64,000 bases of DNA from Pelagomonas calceolata (taxonomy: Eukaryota), in NCBI GenBank assembly GCA_918797485.1, contig CAKKNE010000004.1, forward strand, positions 3,596,001 through 3,660,000, read 5' to 3'. A program made the translations under genes and the position numbers. Positions 54,001-64,000 of the stretch are shown here, one piece after another (the stretch's first letter is position 1; each line of letters starts with the position of its first letter). The notes beneath the pieces were generated by a model that was given only the letters and a program-made list of their open reading frames with translations, was not told the DNA's origin and did not search any database.

Positions 54001-57000
54001 GGCGGCCCGCTCCGCTTCGCCGGCGGCGCGATCGTGGCGAACGGAATCACGGCGGCGGACGTGTCCTACTTCCAGAATGCGAACCCGGGCGGGTTGGCTT
54101 TGTATGAGTCGCAGGACGGCGCCTACCCCCTGCTGGCGGCGGGCGACATGCTCTGCCGCGTCGCCGCGACGGCGGACACGTCGCAAGCGACGGCGCGGTG
54201 CTTCACGACCGGGCGGCTCGAGGTCGACGCGCCGCCCGCGGCGGCCGTCCTAGGCACGACCTACTTTTACGGCGACGCCGGGGTGCTCTACGCGGTCCAC
54301 AACGTCCACACGGACGCCGCCGTCTTCGAGGCCGCGGGCTTCGACTTCGGCGAGCCGGCGGTCCGCGACGTGGCGCCTGTCGACACGTACTTGGTCGGAG
54401 TCGCCGACGGCGCCGCGGCGCTGGTCGTCGTCAAGGCCGACTTCACGGGCTACGTGGCGCTCGCCGTCGAGAGCGCGTTGCCGGGCGTTGTCTTCGACGC
54501 CGCGTTCGCGTTCGACGAGGGCGTCTACGTGGCCGGGAGCGACGGCACGTTATATAAAGTAGACGTTGATTTAGGGACGATCGATGACAATTGCTGGGCC
54601 GATTCCGGGGAGGCTGCGCCGGCCTGCGCGGCGACGGCGACACTCAGTGCCGCGGGGCCGGCGCCGGCGGGAACTGGCTCCGGCACGAACTGCGCCGGCG
54701 CGCTCGAGTTGGGCACGGCGGCGCCGTCGTCGGAACCGGCGCCCACGACGCCGGGACCGTCTTCACGCCCGACCTCCGCGCGGCCGACGGCCCCTACGAC
54801 CGCGACGTACAGGCCGACGCAGTCTCCCGTCCACATCTGCAATGGTGTGATGCAGACGGCTCCGTGCGGCCCGACGTATGTTCCTACTCCTTCGCTGCCG
54901 ACGATCAAGCCCGTCCCGGCGCCGACGCGCGGATCCTGCGTCCACAATAGCGATCTCCGATAGATGGAAACGTCTGTGTTCTGCAGGTATGCGCCGAGCT
55001 TGCTGGCTCCGACATTCGAGCCCGTGCCAACTGAGGCCGCCACGACCGCGAACGCGCTGGCCTACGCGCCATCGAACGTACCGTCATACGAGCCGACGAA
55101 TGCGCTGGCCTACGAGCCATCAAGCGTACCGTCCGAGAGTCCAACCGCCGCGCCGACAGAATGTCGCGATGCATTGACGGCGGCCGTTTGCGCTGGCTAC
55201 CTGTCTATCGACGCGTCGGCGTGCGACTCGCTCTTCTGCGCGGGGATCGCCTGTCCGTACTCCCGCATGTGCGACGCGACGTGCGGTCTGTGCTACACGG
55301 CGGCAGAGCCCGTGCCGGCGCCGACGGCGGCGCCAACGCGGGCGTCTGGCGCGCCCTCGGCGCTGCCGAGCCCCACCCCGTCGCACCCGACGGGTTCGCC
55401 AACGTTCGGACGCACGGGCGTCGTCCAGGTCGTCCTCGCGCCGCACGACCGCGACGCGTCAGTGATTCGCGTCTACGTCGAGCTCAGCGCAGACCTGGGC
55501 CGCTTCGTCTCGATCATGCTCACGTTGGGCGACGGTGCGCCGCTCGTCGCGGTGCGCGCGGTGGACGACGAAGGCGACACGTGGTTCAAGCTGGACGGGC
55601 CGGTGCGGGCGGGCTGGCTCGGCGAAAAACCGCGCGCGCCGGGCCACTGGGCGGACCTCGTCTTTGACGCCGACGAATTCGACTTTGCGGCCCTCGACGT
55701 CGCAGCCGTCGATATAAGCACGGAGACGCTCGAGTCGGTTGGCGACAGAGCCCGCGTATTCTACGAACGGCCTGGCGGCCCGGGCGAGGCGCTCATCGTC
55801 GCTCGCCTCCTAGCCGGCTCGTCCACCGCGCTGGAGGTTTCCGTCGTGGCCGAGGCGACGGTCTGCGCCATTGGGCTGCGCTGGCAAGCAAATGTCGAGG
55901 CGGTGGCGTTCGACCAAGGCTTCGCCGGCGCGACCGCGGCCGACAACCTCCCAGGATCAGCGATCGGGCTGTTTGCGACGGAGAACTGCCTCGCCGGCGG
56001 CAAGTCCCAACCCGTTGTGACGCTCCACTTCGCCGACGGGTTCGACGTCGAGAGCTTTGGCTTCCTCGAGATGACAGTTGCCGACGACGCCGGTGCGGCG
56101 CTCGCAGCTTCTTCTCTTTCGCACCTCACGACGGAGGCGGTGTCCGACGCTCCGACGCTGTTGCCTACCGCGTCGCACCCGCCGACGCGCGTGCCGACTA
56201 TGGCACCAACAAAGTTTGAACAGTATTGCGGCCCGGATCCGGGCGACGTGGACGGAGTAAACGGCGTTGATGTTACGGACGCCCTTCTTGTCGCGAAGTA
56301 CACGCAGGGCCAGGACCTGCCGACAGCGGCATGCGACACGCGCATCGCGTTTGGCTGCGCCGACGTCAACGCGGACGACGCGACGGACGTGCTGGATGCG
56401 CTGCTGATCGCGCGGGCCTACGTCGGGCTCGTCGATCTGAACTGGCCGGGACCTCCGTCAGCGGCGCCGACGACCGCCTTGCCGACGACCGAGGCCCCTA
56501 CCTTTGCGACGGAGCCGCCAACGGAACGGCCCACCTACTCTCCCTCTGAGCGGCCGACAAGCCCACCGTCGACCGGCATTCCTTCCTACGAGCCGTCGGC
56601 GCAGCCCACGACGCTCTGGGACCCATCTCCGGCACCTACGGCGCCGTCGTACGCACCAACGGCAGCGGACACGTACGAACCAACGCTCGGCCCTTCGGCC
56701 CAACCAAGCTATCCGCCTTCTGCCCAGCCAAGCTACGAGCCTACGACCTCCGCGCCTACTGAACCTCCGTCGCGCTGGCCCTATTCCCCGACGCTCGACC
56801 CTTCAGCTGCTCCGAGTTCCGCGACGCCGCTACCAAGTACGGCAACGCCGACGACGCAAAGCCCGTCGATCGCGCCGACGTATGCGACGAATCCGCCGTC
56901 CTTCTCGCAGCAGCCATCGTACCATCCGACGCGGGCACCGATCCCATTCCCGACCGCCCGGCCCGTGCCACAGCCGTCTTATAGGCCCACGCCGGCGCCG

Positions 57001-60000
57001 CTGCCGGCCCCGACCATGAGCCGGCCGTCTTACGGGCCGACGTCGGCGCCATTGCGCCGCGCTCCCTCGTACTGGCCCACGAGATCGCCGATCCCGGAGC
57101 CCACCGTAAGGCCGACCCCTGCGCCGTCATACAGGCCGACACCACTGCCGACACTGACGGCGAGACCGACATTGCCAACGGGTACGCCCTTGGACGACAC
57201 CACCATCCGCACGGCAGTAACGGCGTGGTTCGCGGACCAGAGCGCTGCGGAGGCGACGTACGGCCACATCTCGACGTGGGCGACTGGCGGGGTGACGGAC
57301 ATGTCGGAGTTGTTTTGCGCATCAGATTATAACTGCGGCTACTTCAACTCGGACGCGGCGTCCTTTAATGAGGACATCGGAGCGTGGGACACCTCAGGCG
57401 TAACGAGTATGTCCTACATGTTCCAGCTCGCCTCGGCCTTCAATCAAGACCTCAGTGATTGGGCGGTCCACCGAGTTACGAGCATGGAAGAGATGTTCAG
57501 TCTCGCCGCATCGTTTAATCAAGACCTCAGTGATTGGGCGGTTGATAGTGTCACGAGTATCGCGTCCATGTTCATCTCCGCCTCTGCCTTCGACCAGGAC
57601 CTCGGCTGGTGCTTGGACGACGACGTGGAGATGGAGGGTTTTGCGGGCGGCGCGTTCGACAACACCCCGTGCGAGTCGACGTATTGTGGCGTGATGTGGG
57701 AGACCAATACTGGCGACTGCGACGTATCGCGCACGGGCAACGTCATGGTCAACTGGAAAATTAGATGGGCAGTTACCGCGTGGCTGGCGGACGCGACGGC
57801 CGCCGAGGCGACGTACGGGCACATTTCGACTTGGGAGACCGGCGGGGTGACGGACATGTCGTATTTGTTTTGCGAAAACAATAGTTGGGGGTCGGTTTGC
57901 TACAACACGGGCGCATCATCCTTTAACGAGGACATCGGCGCGTACGATGTCCTCCATGTTCTACTTCGCCTCGGCCTTTAACCAGGACATCGGCGCGTGG
58001 GACACCTCCGGCGTCACTACGATGTCCTCCATGTTCATGTACGCCACGTCCTTCGACCAGGACATCGGCGCGTGGGACACCTCCGGCGTCACAACGATGC
58101 AGTACATGTTCTACTCCGCCTCGGCCTTCGACCAGGACCTCGGCTGGTGCTTGGACGATGGCGTTGACTTTGATCCCGAGGGGCATGGCTACACCATTCA
58201 AGACGCGTTCTCCGGCACGGCGTGCGCGTCGACGTCGTGCGGCGTCACGCAAGTGGACGACGTCGCAAATTGCCCGACGCCTGCGCCGACGATCCTGACG
58301 TATTATCCGACGCCTGCGCCGACGTTTCTGACGCCATTGCCGACGGCGGCGCCCACGAAATCACGGATCCCGTCATATATGCCTACGATAGGAGAAGTGC
58401 CCTTGGACGACACGACGATCCGCACGGCAGTAACGGCGTGGCTGGCGGACGCGACGGCCGCCGAGGCGACGTACGGCCACATCTCGACGTGGGAGACTGG
58501 AGAGGTGACGGACATGTCGTATTTGCTTTGCGCGAATGAGTACTTGACTTCCTACGGTTGCAACACGGCCGCGGCGTCCTTTAACGAGGACATCGGCGCG
58601 TGGGACACCTCCGGCGTTACAACGATGTACTTAATGTTCTACTCCGCCTCGGCCTTCGACCAGGACCTCGGCTGGTGCGTGGACGACGGCGTGGACCTGG
58701 ACTACGCGTTCGGCGGCACCCCGTGCGAGGCGACATCGTGCGGCGTCATGGCAAAAGAGAACCCTGGCGATTGTGATGTCGCGAGCACAGGAAACGTCAT
58801 GGTCAACTATAAAATCAGAACGGCCGTCGACGCGTGGCTCGCGGACGCGACGGCCGCCGAGGCGACGTACGGCCACATCTCGACGTGGGCGACTGGGGGG
58901 GTGACGGACATGGAGGAGCTGTTCGAAGATGCTTCGTCCTTCAACGAGGACATCGGCGCGTGGGACACCTCGGGCGTCACGTCGATGTACAAGATGTTCT
59001 ACGGCGCCTCGAACTTCGACCAGGACATCGGCGCGTGGGACACCTCCGGCGTCACGACGATGTTGGGGATGTTCTACTCCGCCTCGGCCTTCGACCAGGA
59101 CATCGGCGCGTGGGACACCTCCGGCGTCACAACGATGTGGAAGATGTTCTACCGCGCCTCGACCTTCGACCAGGACATCGGCGCGTGGGACACCTCCGGC
59201 GTCACAAGTTTGGACTACATGTTCTACGAAGCCGAGGCCTTTAACCAGGACATCGGCGCATGGGACACCTCCGGCGTCACAAGTTTGAACTACATGTTCA
59301 AAAGCGCCTCGGCCTTCGACCAGGACATCGGCGCGTGGGACACCTCCGGCGTCACGTCGATGGAGAGGATGTTCGCCCTCGCCTCGGCGTTCAACCAGGC
59401 CATCGGCGCGTGGGACACCTCGGGCGTCACGACGATGTACGACATGTTCTACTACGCCTCTGCCTTCAATCAGGACATCGGCGCGTGGGATACCTCCGGC
59501 GTCACAACGATGTACTACATGTTCTACCAAGCCTCGGCCTTCGACCAGGACATCGGCGCGTGGGACACCTCCGGCGTCAAAAAGATGCACGGGATGTTCC
59601 GCTACGCCTCGGCCTTCGACCAGGACATCGGCGCGTGGGACACCTCCGGCGTCACGTCGATGGAGTACATGTTCTTCTTCGCCTCGGCCTTCGACCAGGA
59701 CCTCGGCTGGTGCGTGGACGACAGCGTGAACCTGGACTACGCGTTCGACAACACCCCGTGCGCGTCGACGTCGTGCGGCGTCACGCAAGGCAGCTGCCCA
59801 ACACGCCGCCTCACCGCCGTCGTCGCGCCCAAGACGCCGGCGCAGCTCGTCGTCGAGGCGTCCGGCGCGGGCTTTGTCGTGGCGGTCGAGATGGGCGGCG
59901 GAGTCGCCTACGGCGCGTTGCAAGTCGTTTTCTCCGCGCCGCTCGCCCGCTACCACGCGTGGCACGCGTCGACGGGAGACTATGTCCAGGGTGCGCGGGG

Positions 60001-60555
60001 CGTGTCGTGGTTCTCCGCTGTGGAGCCGCTCGAGTCCGGGGATTTCGCAACCTTCTGGGCGCCGGCCAAGCTGCGCCCGAGACGACGACAAGAGTCTCAC
60101 CGCGCGTGGTGCCTGCCGGACGGTCTCTGCGCCGCGAGAACAGTTCCCGCGGCGCGCCGCGCCGAGAAGCGCCCGAGTTCTCACCCTCGGCCGACCCGGG
60201 CTCGCTCCTGCGCGCTTCCTCACTCCGCCGCGAGCGCTCGACGCGTCAACTCGCGCCCGAGACGCCGACAAGGGTCTCTCCAAGGGTCTCTCCAAGAGTC
60301 TTGCCTCTGGGCGCCGGCCAAGCCGCGCCCGAGACGACGACAAGGGTCTCTCCAAGGGTCGCGCCGGCCGGACGGTCACTGCGGCGCGAGAACAGTTCCC
60401 GCGGCCCGCCGCGCCGGGTAGCGCCGGAGTTCGCGGCCGACCCGGAGCCGCCCGGACAGGCCGCCGCGACCGAAGCTGAGGCCCCCGAAACCGCGGCGGC
60501 GCCCCTGCGGCGCGCGACTTCCCTGCGACGCGAACGGAGCTCGCGCAAGCTCTAG
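51022..60555 (+). CDS. Giant secreted mosaic protein (Cys-rich modules, LNR-like, kexin-type S8 protease plus P-domain, PT linkers, cohesin-like/dockerin-like, four DUF285-type blocks); intron 54927-54986; frameshifts at 57943/57944 and ~60053
   Basis: Signal peptide; [50 protein letters not shown]; a 60-nt GC-AG intron removes the stop at 54961; [18 protein letters not shown] repeats. Confidence 0.8.
57190..59790 (+). repeat. DUF285/BspA-like 75-bp (25-aa) coding repeats in four capped blocks (3, 3, 1 and 10 units)
   Basis: gacatcggcgcgtgggacacctccggcgtc recurs every 75 bp; each block has an N-cap IR(T/W)AVxAWx[13 protein letters not shown] and a C-cap [12 protein letters not shown]. Confidence 0.92.
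60053..60435 (+). repeat. ~253-bp imperfect duplication with internal 12-bp units (caagggtctctc)
   Basis: tgggcgccggccaagc.gcgcccgagacgacgacaag and cgcgagaacagttcccgcggc each occur twice. Confidence 0.85.
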
Positions 60556-60720
60556 TGGTCTGACCGCCCCCCCTTCCTACCCTTGGACCTCCCCCAGAAT
60601 GGTCTGATTGCGGACGAGTGTAAGCAGATTATATAGAGGAGCCTCTACTCGGAGCCGCGATCCGGCGCGACGACGCACAATGCAGCCAATTCTCTACAAG
60701 ACCAACTTACACTAAACACC

Positions 60721-62290
60721 TCACAGCGCCATGAGCTTGCCCACCTCGCGGGGCGAGTGGGAGAGTTCCGGGACCCCGATGGGCCGCCAGGCCCTCGCCC
60801 CGCCGCGCCGCGCGGCCCACGCCTTCACGTTCGCCAAGACCTTCGACAACGGCAAATACTTCCGGCGCAACACGTCTCTTTTTTTGAGCTGGGCTGCGCT
60901 GTAGAAGCACTTCTCGTAGTCGGCCAGGTCCTTACGAATGGCCTCGGTGTAGGCGGCGCCCTTGTCCAAGTTCGCCCGCCAGATCAAATACTGCAGGTTC
61001 TCGATGCGGTTGATAAGCCGCAAAGCGTCGTTTGGCGTCTTGTCGTGGTTCCAGCCAGGCTTCTGGCCCAGCTCACTGAGCCACTGCGCGACCTGTGGAA
61101 CGTGGACCGTGAGTGTCGCGTCGAGCAGACACGCGGCGTACAGCGTCGCGTCGCGTCGATGGCGTACCCGTAATGATGGACGCAGGATCTAACCGCCTTG
61201 ATGTGGTCCTTGTGGATCACGCACGACGGATACGGCAATCCACGCTGCACGCACTTCTTCTCCAGTAGTTCTTCGATGTTCACGTCATCAGGGATGGCTG
61301 CTTGCAGGATTTGCTGGACCTCACCCGCAGGGAAGCCCGTGAGAAGTCTGCAATTTTCATCCGTGAGCTCGCCGCCCAGACCGTCGGTTAATGCGAGACG
61401 GAGGGTCTGCCGGACAAGTTGAGCTAGCTGCCTTTTTCCAGTACCCTTTCCACCGCAATTGCAAGCGGACACCTTGCAAGCCCTGCCACAGAAGCAGCAA
61501 TACGGTTCGTACTTCGCTTTCTGCTCTTTTATTTGCTCTGCATGATCTTTCTGGTATTGCTGATTGTACATCGTAGTTGGATGATGGAGGTAGCCCTGCT
61601 CGTCGTCCCTCTTTCTGGGGGCTAAGGAACCCGAGGCGATTCCGGCTTCTCGATTCCTTTTCGAAAACATCATTTTACGGAAAACCCAGGAGAAGACGTA
61701 GTCCGGGTGCTCTTTGGTTGGCTGCTTCGATCTTCCATAATACTCCGGATTGTCGGGGAAGAAACGAGGACGTTGTCGCACACTCTTGAAGTCGACCGCC
61801 ATTTCTTCCGAGTCGTCCGTGGCGCCCTCCTTGTTGACGACGTACACCTGGTCAGCAGCGTTTGACTCGACGATTTCCCACTTCGGAGCCCGGTATCTCA
61901 CGTCATACCCGCGCACGTCGACGAGCGTTCCCTCATCCAGATGTACAAAACGGGGCGTGAGCAAGCCGGGGTCGTAGTGCGAGACAGACCCGTCCTCGAA
62001 GCGCACCCTAATATAGCCGTCGGGCGTGCTGCAACCTTCTGGCAGCGCGGTGACCTCCCAGTACTCGGCGCTATCTTTGAGGTCCGCGGCATCGTAGGCG
62101 TTGAAGTATATCACGCGCTTGCCTTCGGAGTCCTTGTATTTGCTAGCAACGAACGCATTTGACGGCGGCGCCTTCTTCTTCTTGCCTTTGGTGGCGGTGG
62201 TCTTGGTGGTGGTCTTCTGTGTTTGCTTTTTAGCGGCCCTTGGTTTTTTGCCGCGCTTTCCTTTCTTGGCCGTCCGGCCAGCGCGCTGAC
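60721..62290 (-). CDS. Lys-rich, Tudor-like and HNH-type (NCLDV/phage-like) endonuclease protein; intron ~61093-61193; start uncertain
   Basis: Splicing gives IHKDHIKA-VAQW..INRIENLQYLIWRANLDKG; the frame stays open upstream of 62114 (KKGKRGKKPRAAKK) but the nearest ATG (~62310) is out of frame. Confidence 0.6.
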
Positions 62291-62648
62291 TCCGAAAAGC
62301 GGCGCGCCATCAAGGCCGCGCGCAGCGTCTAGCGTTACCCACAGCGCTTTGCGCGGCGCCGAGGCTAATCTAGCGGTCTGTAAGACACTAGCAATTCAAA
62401 CTTGAGCCCGGACGGCGGGACCAATCGACCGGGCTAGGCCAGTGCAGATCTCTCCGGTTCGACATCCGGAGGCACGACCCGCACCGGAGGCATCACCCGC
62501 TGAAACGAACAGTGGGCTGCCCCCACCCGCGCCACTGCGCGTTGCGGAGCCACGCGGCTGCCTCGCAGCTCTTGACTCACCATTCGGACTGCTGCAGAAC
62601 TGCGCGTCGCGGAGGCACGCCTTGTCTTGCTGCTGCTGCTGCTCAACT

Positions 62649-63944
62649 ATGAATCCGGATGGGACATTTGTTGATGAGGACGGGGAGACTGAGGATTACC
62701 ACGTGACGGACGTCTCCGAGAACGATAGGAAGCGCCTGCACTACCTGAAGAAGCAGCAGCGCAAGAAGGACCACGGCAAGAAGCACCGGCCCCGCCACCG
62801 CGGGCCGGCGCCGGCGCCGGGCGAGCGCCGCGAGCGCCGCGAGCCGCGCGACCCGCGCGTGCTGAAGCACAACGAGCGCAGCGGCCGCGGCATGGCGACC
62901 AAGCACCGCGACGCGCCCGGCAAGGTGAACCGGTTCCAGGAGCACCTGCACGCGCGCGAGGAGGACCAGGAGCGCCAGCGCCGGGAGCGCCGGAAGAAGC
63001 GGGCCGAGGCGAAGGCGCAGAAGGCGCACGCGCTGCGGCAGACGGTCGTCGAGGACGACGACATGGGCGAGGTCCAGGACATCAGCGGCTGGGACCACAA
63101 GGACGAGCAGGAGGCCCGGGGCCGCGAGATGGCCCGGCTCGACACGCGGTGCCGCGCGCGCGAGTTCGTCCTGACGCTGCCCGGCGGCGGCTGCTGCGGC
63201 ATCTACGGCAAGGTCCGCGCGGACGTGCGCGTCGACCCCGGCCTGCCCGCGCTGGCCCTGCACCTCCTCGACCTTACCGATAGGGACCTGTCGCGCCACT
63301 GGGTGCTCTTCGACGAGGCGGCCGGCGACGACAACGAGATCTCGCACGACGAGTTCTTCGACCTCATCGACGTCGACCCGACGACGTTCCTCAAGTGCCT
63401 CGTCGACGCCATCGTCTTCGACTGGGCGGACCTCGACAAGGACCGCACGCTGTCCTTCAGCGAGTTCCTGCTGGCGTCGTGCGTCATGTGCACGCTCACG
63501 CAGCGCCAGCTCGCGTTCTTCGTCTTCGCCTACTTCGACGAGAACGACGACGGCCACCTCGACTACCACGAGCTCCAGCAGATCAGCCACGCCATGGAGG
63601 GCTCGCGCTTCGGCGGCGACATGGCCAAGTTCCTCGACGTCTGCAACATGATCCAGATCGAGCACCACACGCACAAGGTCGTCGAGGCCCGGAAGATGGG
63701 CTTCGGCGGCTTCCAGGAGGCGTGCAACCGGTGCCCCCTCGTCGTCCACCCGATCATGCGGCTCCAGGAGGCCATGCAGATGCGCACGCTCGGCGCGGAC
63801 CGCTGGAAACGGCTCCGGGACGACTACGGCGGCGACTTCCACCACGAGATGACCGAGGCCGGCCTCTTGATGCTCGGGGAGAAGAAGGAGCTCGCCTACG
63901 AGAAGAATGATTCTTCACTATCATTCAGGGAGACGGCGGCGTAG
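62649..63944 (+). CDS. EF-hand Ca-binding protein (calcineurin B/recoverin-like C-terminal region)
   Basis: DLDKDRTLSFSEF and FDENDDGHLDYHEL. Confidence 0.85.
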   Translation: MNPDGTFVDEDGETEDYHVTDVSENDRKRLHYLKKQQRKKDHGKKHRPRHRGPAPAPGERRERREPRDPRVLKHNERSGRGMATKHRDAPGKVNRFQEHLHAREEDQERQRRERRKKRAEAKAQKAHALRQTVVEDDDMGEVQDISGWDHKDEQEARGREMARLDTRCRAREFVLTLPGGGCCGIYGKVRADVRVDPGLPALALHLLDLTDRDLSRHWVLFDEAAGDDNEISHDEFFDLIDVDPTTFLKCLVDAIVFDWADLDKDRTLSFSEFLLASCVMCTLTQRQLAFFVFAYFDENDDGHLDYHELQQISHAMEGSRFGGDMAKFLDVCNMIQIEHHTHKVVEARKMGFGGFQEACNRCPLVVHPIMRLQEAMQMRTLGADRWKRLRDDYGGDFHHEMTEAGLLMLGEKKELAYEKNDSSLSFRETAA

Positions 63945-64000
63945 CCGCCACTATGCTCATTCAGGGCGTAATTCACAGATCACGTTTACTACGAAGTACT

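Noticed and set aside
54955..54970. Stop-codon readthrough or two abutting genes at TAG-ATG
   Set aside because: A 60-nt GC-AG intron ending ttctgcag removes the stop and keeps the PAPT-YAPS repeat pattern.
58940..59710. CRISPR-like constant repeat with variable spacer
   Set aside because: Units are exactly 75 bp, in frame and protein-coding; the variable parts are only a few codons; no cas genes; eukaryotic context.
57190..59790. Diversity-generating retroelement
   Set aside because: No reverse transcriptase or template repeat in the window, and the variation is not evidently adenine-restricted.

Overview
Gene-dense, GC-rich eukaryotic DNA from a stramenopile microalga, most likely a pelagophyte (Pelagomonas/Aureococcus-like). 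This is inferred from bipartite plastid-targeting N-termini, frequent GC-AG introns and introner-type introns; it is not confirmed. The window holds about 34 protein-coding genes, mostly housekeeping (FolD-type dehydrogenase, ferredoxin-nitrite reductase, SppA, plastid uL18, EXO1, PHAX, HAAO, CAF-1 p60, USP, SNF2, mTERF, a beta-oxidation enzyme). The notable structure is: (1) six related introns that are short TIR elements with 8-bp target-site duplications, spliceable in either orientation; (2) a CTAGTGTCTTACA..GCTAGC motif in ten copies, nine in head-to-head intergenic regions, one site of which is duplicated as a 20-bp direct repeat around a 1.47-kb non-coding insert; (3) a ~9.5-kb secreted mosaic gene (kexin-like S8 protease, dockerin-like, DUF285-type 25-aa repeats with invariant framework and hypervariable aromatic-rich positions) carrying two frame lesions; (4) an intron-containing gene for a giant-virus-like HNH endonuclease with Tudor-like N-terminal modules. 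No rRNA, tRNA or CRISPR array was seen. Intron coordinates were derived by hand.
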